From Calditrichia bacterium (GTDB lineage: Bacteria; Calditrichota; Calditrichia; JAJRVZ01), in assembly GCA_963796965.1 (NCBI GenBank), contig CAWCNS010000011.1:352001-416000 (forward strand): a stretch of 64,000 nt of DNA, read 5' to 3'. The notes beneath the pieces were generated by a model. The model ran no database searches and was not told the origin of the DNA. It saw only the letters and a list, made by a program, of their open reading frames with translations. How positions within the stretch are numbered: position 1 is the stretch's first letter; each line of letters begins with the position of its first letter. Positions 32,515-44,328 of the stretch are shown in pieces. Made by a program: the position numbers and the translations under genes.

Positions 32515-33312
32515 TTACTTTACAGATTTCAACATATTTTTTTTCAATCTTCCATAACCATCAAATACAAATTGATTTGAAAAAAGTATACTCAGAAATA
32601 AATTGATCACGCAGCCTATAAAAATAGCAAGCATTATCATAATCTGATATTTTATGGCTATGCCGGGTGGGCTTCCGCCCAGGATCTGTCCTGTCATCAT
32701 ACCCGGCAATGAGATTAAACCAATGACAGACATAGTCGCGATCAGAGGATTCAAACCCTGCTTAATGGCCTCACCGATAAAAGGTCTTAAGGCCAGTTTA
32801 GTATTACCTGTATTAGTGAGCAAAAAATAAAAAAGTTCTGATTTCTCAGTCAAGCCTTTAAAATACGAACTCAATCCAACGATATTATGATTGAGCGAAT
32901 TCCCCAAAATCATACCGGTTATAGGTATAAAATAGCGTGCATCAAAAAGATAATCGAGTTTTAATACATATCCGAGAAAAAAACTATCTATAATAACAAC
33001 CGAGGTCAATCCCGCAATAAATAAGGGAAGAAGAAAATACTTCCAGTTCAACCCAATACGGTTTATAGAGGTATAAACCCCGACACCTATCATAAGAACC
33101 ACCCATAACATATTTATCCAGGCATTATTAATAGCAAAAATCCATTCCAGATAAATTGCAACCAACGCCAATTGAACTACCATACGTATGACACTTATCA
33201 ACACATCCTTTAAAATCTTAATCCGAAAGTAAATAAAGAATAAGGTAGGAATAACAAGCAGGATAAATCCAACTGCCAACTCCCAGACACTGATATTTGT
33301 GATAGAATTCAT
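32515..33312 (-). CDS. fetB: UPF0014 ABC permease (FetB/YbbM-like)
   Basis: IRMVVQL, IPITGMILGN, GLISLPGMMTGQILGG. Confidence 0.85.
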   Translation of the reverse strand: MNSITNISVWELAVGFILLVIPTLFFIYFRIKILKDVLISVIRMVVQLALVAIYLEWIFAINNAWINMLWVVLMIGVGVYTSINRIGLNWKYFLLPLFIAGLTSVVIIDSFFLGYVLKLDYLFDARYFIPITGMILGNSLNHNIVGLSSYFKGLTEKSELFYFLLTNTGNTKLALRPFIGEAIKQGLNPLIATMSVIGLISLPGMMTGQILGGSPPGIAIKYQIMIMLAIFIGCVINLFLSILFSNQFVFDGYGRLKKNMLKSVK

Positions 33313-33902
33313 AAGGCTATCGTTTTATCCACATTAGTCAGCCAAAGATTATTATGTGAAGCTGAAATAATAGTTTTTCCTTTTAATGATTTGACCAATT
33401 TAATAAGCAAGTTGATTGAGGCATCATCAAGTGAGGAAGTTGGTTCATCCATTAAAATAATTTTTTTATCAAGACTCAAACAGATTGATATAATGATCCG
33501 TTGTTTCTGGCCACCACTTATCAAGCCAAAATCTTTAAAAATAATATCCTTTTCCAAACCAAGTTTTTCACCCGTACTGTTTATAATGTCCTCTTTTGAC
33601 TGCAAATTCATAAGTTTTATTAAATCCCCTCCATTATTAACAGGGAGATTTACATTTTGTGGAATCCATACAATAGAACCTCTGATTTCTTTTATCGTTG
33701 CAGCACTTAATTCCTGATCATTTATCTGAATTGATCCCTCATCGGGGATCACATATCCCTGGATTAATTTTAACAGGGTTGATTTACCAATCCCGGAAGG
33801 TCCGCTTATACATACATTTTCTCCACTTGCTATAGAGATATTAAGATTGTCAAAAATAATCTTTCCCGAAAATGAAAGATTTATATCTTTACACTGTATC
33901 AT
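33309..33902 (-). CDS. ABC transporter ATP-binding protein (FetA-like)
   Basis: GPSGIGKS, ISGGQKQR, LMDEPTSSLD; 4-bp overlap with the permease. Confidence 0.9.
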   Translation of the reverse strand: MIQCKDINLSFSGKIIFDNLNISIASGENVCISGPSGIGKSTLLKLIQGYVIPDEGSIQINDQELSAATIKEIRGSIVWIPQNVNLPVNNGGDLIKLMNLQSKEDIINSTGEKLGLEKDIIFKDFGLISGGQKQRIIISICLSLDKKIILMDEPTSSLDDASINLLIKLVKSLKGKTIISASHNNLWLTNVDKTIAL

Positions 33903-33985
33903 AGTCTCTTGAATTAATAGTTAGACAACACCTGCTTCTGAAAATTATATTTATTTCAAAACTGTATGAAATAATTTTTTGTAGA

Positions 33986-35452
33986 TTAATTATTTCCACC
34001 TTTAAATGCCGGATTGAGAGTATGCATAATGGGATCTACCGAGTTGAGCCATTGATGTAGCTTGCTAAGAAGCTCCTCTCTTTTATCCGGCATCTTTTCC
34101 GACAGATCATTTTTTTCGCCAACATCTTCATCCAGGTTATACAATTCAACAATCGCCGGATCGTAGAATTCTATTAATTTATAGTCCCCGGAACGTATCG
34201 CTGCGCCGGGTTTATTCCCCTGTGGGGCATAATGGGGATAATACCAATGTAACTCACTATCATTGTTTATCTCTTGATTAAAATCCTGGACGAGAGACCG
34301 GCCATCAATCTGCTCATCCCTTACTTCCCCTGAATAAGCGATATCTTGTATTGTTGCATATATATCTTCGGATATTGTCAAATTATTGGAAACACTCCCG
34401 GGTTTTATATGCCCGGGCCAGCGGATAATTAACGGAACACGAATGCCACCTTCATATAAATGACCTTTTCCAAGGCGATAAGGAGAATTATCAGCGATAG
34501 ATCCTATGGCACCATTATCTGAAGCAAATATAACCACCGTGTTTTCTGATAACCCCTTCTCATCAAGATAGGCAACTAACCGTCCAATATTTTGATCGAG
34601 ATTATCGACCATGGCTGCATATATCGGATCAATCTTCGTTCCAACGAGACGCGCATTATATTTTTCTATTAAATCCTGTGGTGCCTGAAGAGGTTTATGA
34701 ACCGCATAATAGGGAAGATAGAGCAGAAATGGCCCTTTCTTTTGCCCCTCCATAAATGCCATTGCTTCATCTGTTAAGCGGTCAGCCAAATACTCTCCCG
34801 GCTTTCCTCCTTTAAGGGTGGGAATGGCCGGGTTCCATTTCGATGTGGGATTCTTATAAGGATAAAAATGCCCAGGAGGAGAGCCATGGGTCCAACCGGC
34901 CACATTGAAATCAAATCCCATATCGATGGGCCAGAAGCCTTTCCGGCCCACATGCCATTTGCCAATACTAATGGAGCTATAGCCGGCAGGTTTTAAAACT
35001 TCAGGTAAAATCTCTTCTTCCAATGGTATGTCCATAAGATCAGCGGGAGGAATAATCCGACTATCCGCGGGGTGACGATGGCGGCCAATACTGGTAATAT
35101 GTCCGGTGAAATGTACCCGTGCCTGATTCTTACCAGTTAACAAAGCCACCCGGGTTGGTGAACATACCGGGGCTGATGAATAGGCATTGGTCCAACGCAT
35201 TCCCTCTGTTGCCAGCTGATCAATATGAGGGGTCTGGATAAATCTTTGCCCATAACATCCCAGATCCCTCTCACCAAGATCATCTGCCAAAATTAATACA
35301 AAATTTGGCGACTCATCAATAGGCTGAACACAGGAGTAAAGCAGGACAAGCATCAGTATCACTAGGCCTATGATTAGAAGTCTTTTAGACAGGATAACAG
35401 GATTAACAGGATTGATAATTATAATCAATCTCAAAAAATTGAGAAGAGTCAT
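33986..35452 (-). CDS. Cys-type (formylglycine) sulfatase, lipoprotein
   Basis: ILADDLG, CSPTR, GKWH, SDNG, KGHLYEGGIRVP; LYSC lipobox. Confidence 0.9.
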   Translation of the reverse strand: MTLLNFLRLIIIINPVNPVILSKRLLIIGLVILMLVLLYSCVQPIDESPNFVLILADDLGERDLGCYGQRFIQTPHIDQLATEGMRWTNAYSSAPVCSPTRVALLTGKNQARVHFTGHITSIGRHRHPADSRIIPPADLMDIPLEEEILPEVLKPAGYSSISIGKWHVGRKGFWPIDMGFDFNVAGWTHGSPPGHFYPYKNPTSKWNPAIPTLKGGKPGEYLADRLTDEAMAFMEGQKKGPFLLYLPYYAVHKPLQAPQDLIEKYNARLVGTKIDPIYAAMVDNLDQNIGRLVAYLDEKGLSENTVVIFASDNGAIGSIADNSPYRLGKGHLYEGGIRVPLIIRWPGHIKPGSVSNNLTISEDIYATIQDIAYSGEVRDEQIDGRSLVQDFNQEINNDSELHWYYPHYAPQGNKPGAAIRSGDYKLIEFYDPAIVELYNLDEDVGEKNDLSEKMPDKREELLSKLHQWLNSVDPIMHTLNPAFKGGNN

Positions 35453-35615
35453 TACTGGTCTCTCTATTAATAAATTTCTTCTATCTGGAAATAATTATAA
35501 CACCCAGTCTTACACCAATCTCAAATATGGAATATTTCCATTAACAGGAAGATAGGACATGATTAAATATAATTATTTTATGTATAAAATCCGGTAAATC
35601 CTATTATCCTGTCAA
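35385..35615. repeat. ACAGGAT-unit palindromic element overlapping the sulfatase 5' end
   Basis: gacaggataacaggattaacaggatt ... aatccggtaaatcctattatcctgtc. Confidence 0.75.
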
Positions 35616-35736
35616 AAAAATCTTTTATATACTTTGTGGAACTTCACGAGACAAAAACAGTATCCTATCGAAAGAATGGTTTCATTTTCCAAACTTTATT
35701 AATTTAACCAAGAAAATTCCTGATCACGAAAACGGC

Positions 35737-37582
35737 ATGGTATCCAAAACTCTATATAAAATAGCATTCATGGCCACATTACTGCTTTGTTCCTCTTATG
35801 CCCAGAAGAGCACGGGGAGCGAAGAAAGTAAAATTAATACGGATACCCTCACTGTTCGTATAGATGATGATACAACAAAAATTTTAATCGTAGAAAAATC
35901 TGTAAAGGATGATATTCTTGACCTGGTCTACGGTGCCATCTTTAGGGACACCACAAATAATAATCTTGACCCTAATGGTGATTTAATAGCAAGTGAAGAG
36001 CAATTCAGGGTCTATGAAGACAAAATTATATCTAATATTTATCTAAAGAAGATACCTGTATTCGGGGGGGCAATTGACGACAGCCTGGTTCTCAAAATAT
36101 CAGATATCGAGAAATTTGGGAATTCTATGCATTCGAATACCAACGATTGGGTCATATTTGAAAATCTCCTTTTCCGTGAGGGCGACGAGGTACAGCCCAT
36201 TCAGATTGCAGACAACGAGCGTATCTTACGGCGACTTCCGTTCATTCGTGATGCGAGAATTCTGATCATTCCAAGAAAAGAGGATGAGCAGGTTGATGTC
36301 CTTATTCTTACACGCGATGTATTTTCAATCGGCGCAAGTCTAAACATACGTACACAAAATGATATCGCCCTAAGTGTATATGATCGAAATCTCTTTGGCA
36401 ATGGCTGGGAGTTCCGTAATACATTCAGGCATCGGTCTGATAAAGACCCTTCCTTTGGATACGAGGGGATATTTGATGTACGGAATATCATGGGAACTTT
36501 TATTTCAGGGACAGCAAGTCTATTCCACTTCCTATGAATTAGAACAGGGACGATTAGAATTCTCTAAGAGATATCTGACACAAGCAACAAAATGGGCGGG
36601 GGGGCTCGCTCTGGTACATACTTCTTTCAAAGATGAGAAATATAATTTCCGCACTCTCCTTTATAGATCCAACAGCTATGATTTGTGGGGGGGACGATCG
36701 TTTAATATCGGGCACATTGAGGACCAAAATGATCTCAAAATCGGGCTTAGATATTTTCAGAAAACTTTTGACAAAAGACCTTTTGTCCAGGCAGATAGCA
36801 ACTTCAGCTATCATAAACAAAAATTATACCTGGGAAATATCATATTCAACCGATTGAAATATTTAACCAGTAATATGATTGTGGGATTTGGCCGTACGGA
36901 AGATATTCCGCAAGGTTATGCCTTAGAATTTACCGCTGGAATTGGTGATGAAGAATTTAAAGATCGATTATATAGTGGAATGCAAATCTGGGGTGCTTAC
37001 TGGTTTGAAAGCTTCGGCTATCTGGCTCTTACAGTTCAGGCGTCATCTTTTATATATGATGAAAAAGCAGAGGATGGTCTCACAGGCGTTCGTTTTGTCT
37101 ATTTTACCCCTCTTATGGATCTGGGCCACTATAATTTCAGACATTATCTCTACACTGATTATCTGACGGGATTCAACCGAAGCAATAATCAGTTAATCGA
37201 TATAGAGGATGATGGCGGGATAAGAGGATTGTCGCACAATGGGTTATTTGGGAGGGAACGATTTGTACTACGTCTAGAGAGTCGCACATTTACACCCTGG
37301 AACCTGATAGGTTTCCGTTTTTCTCTCTTGTCATTTGCCGATTTCGGATTAATAGGAGATGGACACGACCTCCTTAATAATAAGAATTTATCTACTGCTT
37401 TCGGAGTGGGTTGCCAGATAAGAAATGAGGGTCTCGCCCTGCAAACAATAAGTGTAAGATTTGCTTACTATCCCAGGGTTCCTGACGGTATTAGTCATTT
37501 TGGCTTTAATGTATCCCTTAGTGAACCCATACTTTTCTCACAACTTCGGTTGGGTAAACCAAGGATTTTTCCATTTGAATGA
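35737..37582 (+). CDS. POTRA/Omp85-like outer-membrane protein, frameshift near 36520
   Basis: LLFREGD...DNERILRRLPFIRDARI; GGIRGL; FGVGCQIRNE; ORFs 35737-36537 and 36374-37582. Confidence 0.7.
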
Positions 37583-37597
37583 TAGTTCAATTGATAT

Positions 37598-37627
37598 AGT
37601 AGTGGCCGTTCGCGAACGGCCACTACT
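37598..37627. repeat. GTAG-type REP palindrome
   Basis: agtagtggccgttcgcgaacggccactact; copies at 38579 and 55722. Confidence 0.8.
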
Positions 37628-37723
37628 GCAAAAGGCAAAATTCTTATATTTTGGTGTGGCGACGCGATTAATAGCGTCGATTCTGACAAGTAGGTATAAT
37701 AAATGTAGTTAGAAAATCTGGTT

Positions 37724-38317
37724 TTATTCTACTTTTGCAATATCAACAACTACCGCAGTTGTCACCTGATAAACAACCTGATCGCCAACTTTAACATTTT
37801 CAAGGTTTTTTACTTCTGGAGAGACGTCAACAGTTTCAATTTTACCATCGGGGCCTTTTAAGGTTGCCTTTCTATTCTCTACATCAATTGCTTCGACTGT
37901 GGACGTTTTCTCTGTAACCTCGACAGTTAATTTCCTGGGTTTTTCACCCTCTGAGTCCACTTCAACGGTACTGGCTCCGGCAACAGATGGTCTTTCAGCA
38001 TCGGGAGAAGTAACATAAACAGCTGTGGATTTTAGATAGGTTATCCGGACTTTATCACCAACTTTAATTTTTTCAATTCCGGTGAGATCTTCTGCTGCCT
38101 GTAAAACAATCTCATTCCCATCAGCATATTCAAGTGTAAACATACGCGTTGGTATATCCATCTCTTTTACAATCATTTCCGTCGTAACTTCGGAGACGTC
38201 AATCACTCTGCTCGGTTTTGCCGCTTCGGTCTCTGTCTTTGGCGCTTCTTTTTCTTTACAGGATAATAATGATATGACCAATATCACACTAAATAAAATT
38301 TTAATTAGATTTGTCAT
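37724..38317 (-). CDS. Lipoprotein with duplicated small beta (OB-like) domains
   Basis: LLSC lipobox; two xxID...R..TL..xDG...IKVGD repeats. Confidence 0.75.
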   Translation of the reverse strand: MTNLIKILFSVILVISLLSCKEKEAPKTETEAAKPSRVIDVSEVTTEMIVKEMDIPTRMFTLEYADGNEIVLQAAEDLTGIEKIKVGDKVRITYLKSTAVYVTSPDAERPSVAGASTVEVDSEGEKPRKLTVEVTEKTSTVEAIDVENRKATLKGPDGKIETVDVSPEVKNLENVKVGDQVVYQVTTAVVVDIAKVE

Positions 38318-38578
38318 TTTTAATTCCCCTCCCAGGTAAAATTTTTTGGTTTTTTATTAGAGTCTATAATTTTGTAGTTATGACTGTTTGCAAACGGCTA
38401 CTGCATATGCCTATAATGTTTGCTGTGGTGGCTGTAAGTTTATTGAGAAAATCATTTACATGCAACAGAAAAACCTTGTGAGAAGTGAAATTACAAATGA
38501 TTTCTACGAGGTATAGTTAAAACTGATCTCTATCATTTATCCCAATAATATTGAATTATTTGAAACGTTTTTGTGAAT

Positions 38579-38606
38579 GTAGTGGCCGTTCGCTAACGGC
38601 CACTAC
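38579..38606. repeat. GTAG-type REP palindrome
   Basis: gtagtggccgttcgctaacggccactac. Confidence 0.8.
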
Positions 38607-38663
38607 TATATAGTGTAATTTTATGTTACGACGCGGCTATAACTCTCTGAGCCGGACAGTCAT

Positions 38664-40047
38664 TTACCTGAGACGATAAAATTCTATCCTGCGGTTTTTC
38701 AGCTCTGCCTTCGCTTGTATTATTAGGTGCTATCGGATTTTCCGGGCCATACCCTTTTGTAATAATCCGGTAGGCTGCGATATCATGCCGCAGCAGATAT
38801 CCTCTTACTGTGTCAGCTCTTCTCTGCGAGATAGATACATTGCCCTGATAACTTCCTGTGTTATCCGTATATCCACGAATTTCCACCTCAACTTCCGGAA
38901 ATTTTTCTAATTTTTCGGCTACATTATCCAAAATTTTCATCGAATTTATCGTTAGTTCCGTACTTCCGGAAGCAAAGTTGACACCTTCCAAAACCATCGC
39001 CTGTCCGACTTCAATGACTGGTTTTGTATCTGGACAACCATCCTCATCTTGATAACCATTGACTGTTTCCGGTGCATTGGGACATTTATCTTCCACATCA
39101 GGTATACCATCACCATCATTATCGGGATCAGGTACACCATCCTCATCCTGAAAGCCATCAATATCCTCTATAGTTAAAATAGCCGCTGCAATCGTTGCAT
39201 CGGTTCCCGGCATTTTATCATTGACATCCAGAACTCCATCACCATCATTGTCGGGATCCGGTGCACCATCTTTATCTTTAAAATCATCATGGTCTTCAGG
39301 TTCATTTTTTGCCTGATCAGCATAATCAGGGATCCCATCCTGATCATTATCCGGATCTGGTATACCATCCGAATCTTCAAAACCGTCAAAATCTTCTGGT
39401 CTGGCGGGATCACCGTCATATTTATCAGGTATACCATCCCCATCACTATCTCTGGGGGCACCAAGATAAAACGATAAGCCGAGTGTTGCCGTTAGATACC
39501 CATCGTATCTATCTCCCGCTTTAATATCATCCAGATAATCGGTCAGGGCCTGATGGTACATTACCTCAAGTTCGATTCCTACAATTTCAGAGAATAGAAC
39601 TTCCAGTCCCCCTCCAACTGGAACGGAATATTGTAAATTTTCATACTCACCTGCTGCATTGTTTGGCAATTTGTTTCCATTTTTATCCTGAGGATTTATG
39701 TACATAAATTCAAACCCTGCAGTGAGATAAGGATTCAAGGGACTGGATGGGAATAATTTTACTCTTAGCATGGGTGCTGCGCTATACACCATGGTTTTGA
39801 AATATTGATCTCCGTTTTCTGCTTGCAGAAATGATGCACCGCCATTGATTCCCAAGGCAAACGGATCAGATAACCAGAAAAAGAGTGAAAGATAAGCAGT
39901 TCCATTTGCCTGACGATCGTTAATGTCACCCCAATACGCATTGGCCCCTGCTTTGATTCCGAGTTCAGTTTTACCACTGGTTTCATCAGCAAAACAGTAA
40001 GTACTAAATAAAGTGATAATAAAAATAGTAATGATAATTTTTTTCAT
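38664..40047 (-). CDS. OmpA family protein with thrombospondin type 3 repeats (terminal frameshift)
   Basis: Beta-barrel N-terminus, DxDGDGIPD repeats, GYTDNTGS...SQRRA; canonical NRRIEF end in an alternative frame stopping at 38664. Confidence 0.9.
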
Positions 40048-40855
40048 GATGTATCCCCTTCATATCATGTTGACTAAGAATCAAGAATTTCCACGCCCGA
40101 AGGCTGGCAAGTAGATCAAACAGAGTATTTTTCTACGTCCTCTGTGGATTCAAATTCTATATAACTTTTACCACAATCATATCATGAGTGGTTATGTAAA
40201 TCATATACACAATGTAGTAAGTAAAATTGGTATCATCTAGAATATATTATAAGCCCCGTATAATATTTAATTAATATTCGACCATAATGATGAGACCTGA
40301 AGAATTATTTTAACGATGAGAATCAGGATTTGGAATTGGGAACGGGTAATTTGGAACTGCCATGATTCAAAACCTTAAAACTTTATTGCATTCTTTGCTA
40401 ATCTGCCTGAAACAGATAAACACAAAGGACTCCAAGGAAGCACAAAGTACAAAAAGAAAAGAGTAACTAATTTTTTTTGAACTAGGTTAATGAAGATCTA
40501 TGGTTATAAATGACAAAACATAATCAGCGAGATCTAAAACCCTAAATTTTTCTCTGCGGTCACTGCAGCGCTGCGTGAGAAAAATCCTTATTCAAAATCT
40601 TTCCACATCCTAGGTCTAATCCAGCAAGAAAAATTATGAAAACCGAGTCCCAGAACCCCTATCTCACAAATCTGCCTAACATTTTGCATCTACCGTCTAT
40701 ATTTATTCACTTCTGACTAATATCACATAATGCGTTTCTGTTGGGAAAGCCATGTCAATACGGGATACAGGATGAGATATTATCTGTTCTCCCTCTTAAG
40801 AATGGTGAGGGAGATGTTCCATATATGCTACTTGAACATTGATCACTTTAAGATT

Positions 40856-41212
40856 TTACCTAAAACTCTCTATGATCTCCCCCATTTGTTTTTTTATTTC
40901 CAGAGAATTGAACTTTTCTTCCTCCCCATAAGGTCTGAATTTTATACCGACAACAGATCCTTCGTCATATCCACCTCTTGGCAATATCCAGACGATTTTG
41001 GCTTTTACAGAAATCACCGGTTGATCTGGAATATGGAGTTCGAGTTCAATGGGTTGTCCTACCAGAATTCGTTGTTTTAAATGAATACATACACTGTTTT
41101 TTGTCAGATTTTCTAATCTTGATGACCCTGTTTCACCATTTTCCAGTTTATAATGAGCTTTTGCCCCTGGAATTACAATCCTTCTGAATCCCCTTCTCTC
41201 TGTCTTTTCCAT
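40856..41212 (-). CDS. PilZ domain protein
   Basis: ERRGFRR, NLTKNSV, KAKIVW, VGIKF. Confidence 0.8.
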   Translation of the reverse strand: MEKTERRGFRRIVIPGAKAHYKLENGETGSSRLENLTKNSVCIHLKQRILVGQPIELELHIPDQPVISVKAKIVWILPRGGYDEGSVVGIKFRPYGEEEKFNSLEIKKQMGEIIESFR

Positions 41213-41390
41213 TCTGATTCACTTTCCCATAGTTATTATCAGATTTATAAATTCAATATAAGGATTTTCTGGATAAAAAGATCAAATTATTCCTGTGAAA
41301 TGTGAGTCTACCCGATTCGGGATATGAGATGCGAGATAAAATACAGAGCGCATAGCGAACATCGCCATGCGCTCTGCCCTTTGCGCCAGA

Positions 41391-42656
41391 CTACCTGAGG
41401 AGCACCATCTTCTTCACCTCTTGATACTCCCCGGCTTTTAGTTGATAGTAGTAAACACCAGCTGCAAATCCACTTGCATCCCACTGCACCTGATGGTTTC
41501 CAACAGATTGACCTTCACTCACAAGTGTCACCACTTTTTGGCCAATTAAGTTAACAATACTGAGTTCCACAAAACTGGTAATTGGTAATTGGTAATTGAT
41601 CACTGTTACAGGATTAAAGGGATTGGGATAATTTTGAGAAAGTTCAAATTTTTTCAGATGGCTAGAATATTCATCAATTGAAGTTATTCCACCATTAGTT
41701 GTTTTTAATATCAGTCCATTAAAACCGACCACCCAGCCGATTTTATCATCAATAAAAAATATTGAACTCATATTATCAGATTGAGTACTAGGCTGGATCT
41801 GCCAGAAAGCACCACCATCTGATGTATGTAAAATTCTATTGGTAAAAAAGTGATCCTGATAACCAGCAAGAAGCCAACCCGTACTAGCGTTATAGAAATG
41901 TAATGCCGTATATAAAAAATAGTCAGGATCCGACTTTAATTCCCAGTCATCTCCCCCATTCGTGGATTTAAATAAATACCCAGCGCCTAAACACCACCCC
42001 GTATTTTGATCAAAAAATTGGATATCATATAGATAAGAATATCCTACATCCGGTCTTGATACACCGCGCTTCCAAAGCTTGCCAGAATTTTCTGTAATTA
42101 TAACTTCGCCTTGTGCCCCAACAGCCCATCCATGCTGATGATCAGAAAAATGAATAGCAGAAAGGGAATGAAATGAATTATCAAGATTTATATCCCATGT
42201 TTCACCACCGTCAGTTGATTTTAGAATTAATGAGCCCAAAGGACCCCCTCCGCAAATATAGCCCGTATCGGCATCTACAAAGCAAATATCGTGCAAAGTC
42301 ACTTCAGTACTATCCTGAACCTGCCAATGCAAGCCGCCATCAATAGTGCGGAAAATTCTTCCTCCACGTGTATCACTTGGAAATCCCACGGTCCAACCGT
42401 GGTCCTGGTCTGTAAAAAATACAGACCAGAAAAAAACTTCACTACTATCCTGAATCGTCCAGGTTTCACCACCATTCTGCGTACCCAAAATAATTTCATC
42501 TCCAACAGCCCAACCCGTCTCCATATCAACAAAAAATATTTCGTTCAACTGCGCTTCCGTACCACTTTCCTGTTCTGTCCAGCCGCTTGTTTGTGAATAA
42601 GATGCCTGAATCAACAGAACCAAGAGAAATGTCAAAACCATTTTCAGAGTTGCCAT
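41391..42656 (-). CDS. YCF48/BNR-like propeller protein with CTD
   Basis: FxDxxxGW...TxDGGxxW repeats; NYPNPFNP...KKMVLLR. Confidence 0.9.
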   Translation of the reverse strand: MATLKMVLTFLLVLLIQASYSQTSGWTEQESGTEAQLNEIFFVDMETGWAVGDEIILGTQNGGETWTIQDSSEVFFWSVFFTDQDHGWTVGFPSDTRGGRIFRTIDGGLHWQVQDSTEVTLHDICFVDADTGYICGGGPLGSLILKSTDGGETWDINLDNSFHSLSAIHFSDHQHGWAVGAQGEVIITENSGKLWKRGVSRPDVGYSYLYDIQFFDQNTGWCLGAGYLFKSTNGGDDWELKSDPDYFLYTALHFYNASTGWLLAGYQDHFFTNRILHTSDGGAFWQIQPSTQSDNMSSIFFIDDKIGWVVGFNGLILKTTNGGITSIDEYSSHLKKFELSQNYPNPFNPVTVINYQLPITSFVELSIVNLIGQKVVTLVSEGQSVGNHQVQWDASGFAAGVYYYQLKAGEYQEVKKMVLLR

Positions 42657-42892
42657 TATTTAGTCCTCCTTTTAACCACATCTAAAATGAACAATTCCGT
42701 TATCTTACAATGTGAATTATTTCATTATTTTTTAGCAGCAGGTGGAATATTTATATCCTGTTATTACATATATACAGAGTAAATAATATTTTGTTGGTTG
42801 AAAGAGAGAAATTTGGGCAATTACTATAAATCAGATGAGTAGTATTGGATTTTATAGTCACAATAATACAAAAATAAAAGACAAATGCAAGG

Positions 42893-42925
42893 AAAAAGGC
42901 TGATCTTTATGATCAACCTTTTTTA
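42893..42925. terminator. Intrinsic terminator
   Basis: aaaaaggctgatc-tttat-gatcaacctttttt. Confidence 0.6.
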
Positions 42926-42988
42926 AACCAATTTAATTTTAATAATCTTAGAGTTATTACCCTTACCCTGGCGGTCTAGTCAAATCAT

Positions 42989-44254
42989 TTAGGTATTGCG
43001 TAATTCAAACACCGTTATTTCCGGAGGCATGCCAACCCTTCCCGGATATCCAATCGATCCAAGTCCGATATTAATATATAAATTCTGATTGCCTTCGGTA
43101 TATAATCCACCCCATTGTTTATAGCGAACTGTAGCCGGACTCCAACGCCATCCGGGTATTTCAATTCCGAACTGGGCCCCATGGGTATGTCCTGACAGCA
43201 TCAGGTCAATATTTGTCTTGTCTCTTACCTGTGCATCCCAGTGGGTTGGATCATGGGACATGAGGATCTTAAAAGCTTCCTTATCAACATTCTGCATGGC
43301 TTTATTCAAATCCCCATATTGAGGAAAAGGTGGTAAACCCCAGTTTTGAATCCCAATTAATTCAATCACATTTTCTCCTATCTGGATTTTACGCGACTCA
43401 TCCAGTAGAAGATCAAGACCTAATTCCCCTTGTATCTTGATAAGTCGTTCAATATTATCCTCTTTATCCTTTTGATTTTTCCAGGGATAATATTCACCAT
43501 AGTCATGATTGCCCAGAATTGAATATTTGCCAATTTTAGCCCTTAATAACTTCAAATCATCAAAGAAGGGATCCACTTCAGTCGAGAGATTATTGACCAT
43601 ATCGCCGGTAAATAAGATCAGATCCGGATTCTCCTGATTAATCCTCCTGACAATTTCTTGTACCTGCTCGGGATGATTCAAAAAGGTTCCGATGTGAAAA
43701 TCGGATATTTGAACTATTTTAAATCCATTAAACGACAAAGGAAGGTTAGGAAAGGTCAAATTGACCATTCTTCTGGTAAAATCAAAACGGCCATAGGCAA
43801 CACCATAGATCAGGGTTAGAAAAGGCACACCGGCAAAAACTAACCCAACCTGGTTGAGTAATTTTCGCCGGGTAATCGACTTACCCTGGCTTACGGATTG
43901 GGTGGTTTTCTTTTGCCATAAAGTTACAAATTTTCGAATCTGATAAATGATATCATCAAAGATGTTAAATATGACGAATACCAACTTTGGAATATAAAAT
44001 ACGACAAAAGTCCCGCTGAGGAAATAGCTGTAGTAAGAAATCTGGTTCCCGGGGATATGCTCTCGTAAAATATAGAGGATAATCATGCCTAGTATCAGTC
44101 CGACCGGAACAATCCAATAGAGATAGAATATGATCCGCTTGATCAATTGGCGGAAGTCACCTGCAATTTTTTTGATACCCCAATATGAATAGGCATCTAT
44201 TGCAAGTATGATGGCACTAATTATAAAAAATGCTAAAACCGGGTTATTTCGCAT
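42989..44254 (-). CDS. Membrane-anchored metallophosphoesterase (YkuE-like)
   Basis: ISDFH, TGDMVN, GNHDY, SHDP, GHTHG. Confidence 0.92.
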   Translation of the reverse strand: MRNNPVLAFFIISAIILAIDAYSYWGIKKIAGDFRQLIKRIIFYLYWIVPVGLILGMIILYILREHIPGNQISYYSYFLSGTFVVFYIPKLVFVIFNIFDDIIYQIRKFVTLWQKKTTQSVSQGKSITRRKLLNQVGLVFAGVPFLTLIYGVAYGRFDFTRRMVNLTFPNLPLSFNGFKIVQISDFHIGTFLNHPEQVQEIVRRINQENPDLILFTGDMVNNLSTEVDPFFDDLKLLRAKIGKYSILGNHDYGEYYPWKNQKDKEDNIERLIKIQGELGLDLLLDESRKIQIGENVIELIGIQNWGLPPFPQYGDLNKAMQNVDKEAFKILMSHDPTHWDAQVRDKTNIDLMLSGHTHGAQFGIEIPGWRWSPATVRYKQWGGLYTEGNQNLYINIGLGSIGYPGRVGMPPEITVFELRNT

Positions 44255-44328
44255 CTACCTTTCCTTCATCTCAATTTATTTGGCTATAACCTTTTTGAGA
44301 CATATTAAAATTCTTAGGTTAAAGGCCT

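Noticed and set aside
40080..40180. c-di-GMP riboswitch upstream of ompA near the PilZ gene
   Set aside because: Could not match the conserved GEMM elements by eye.
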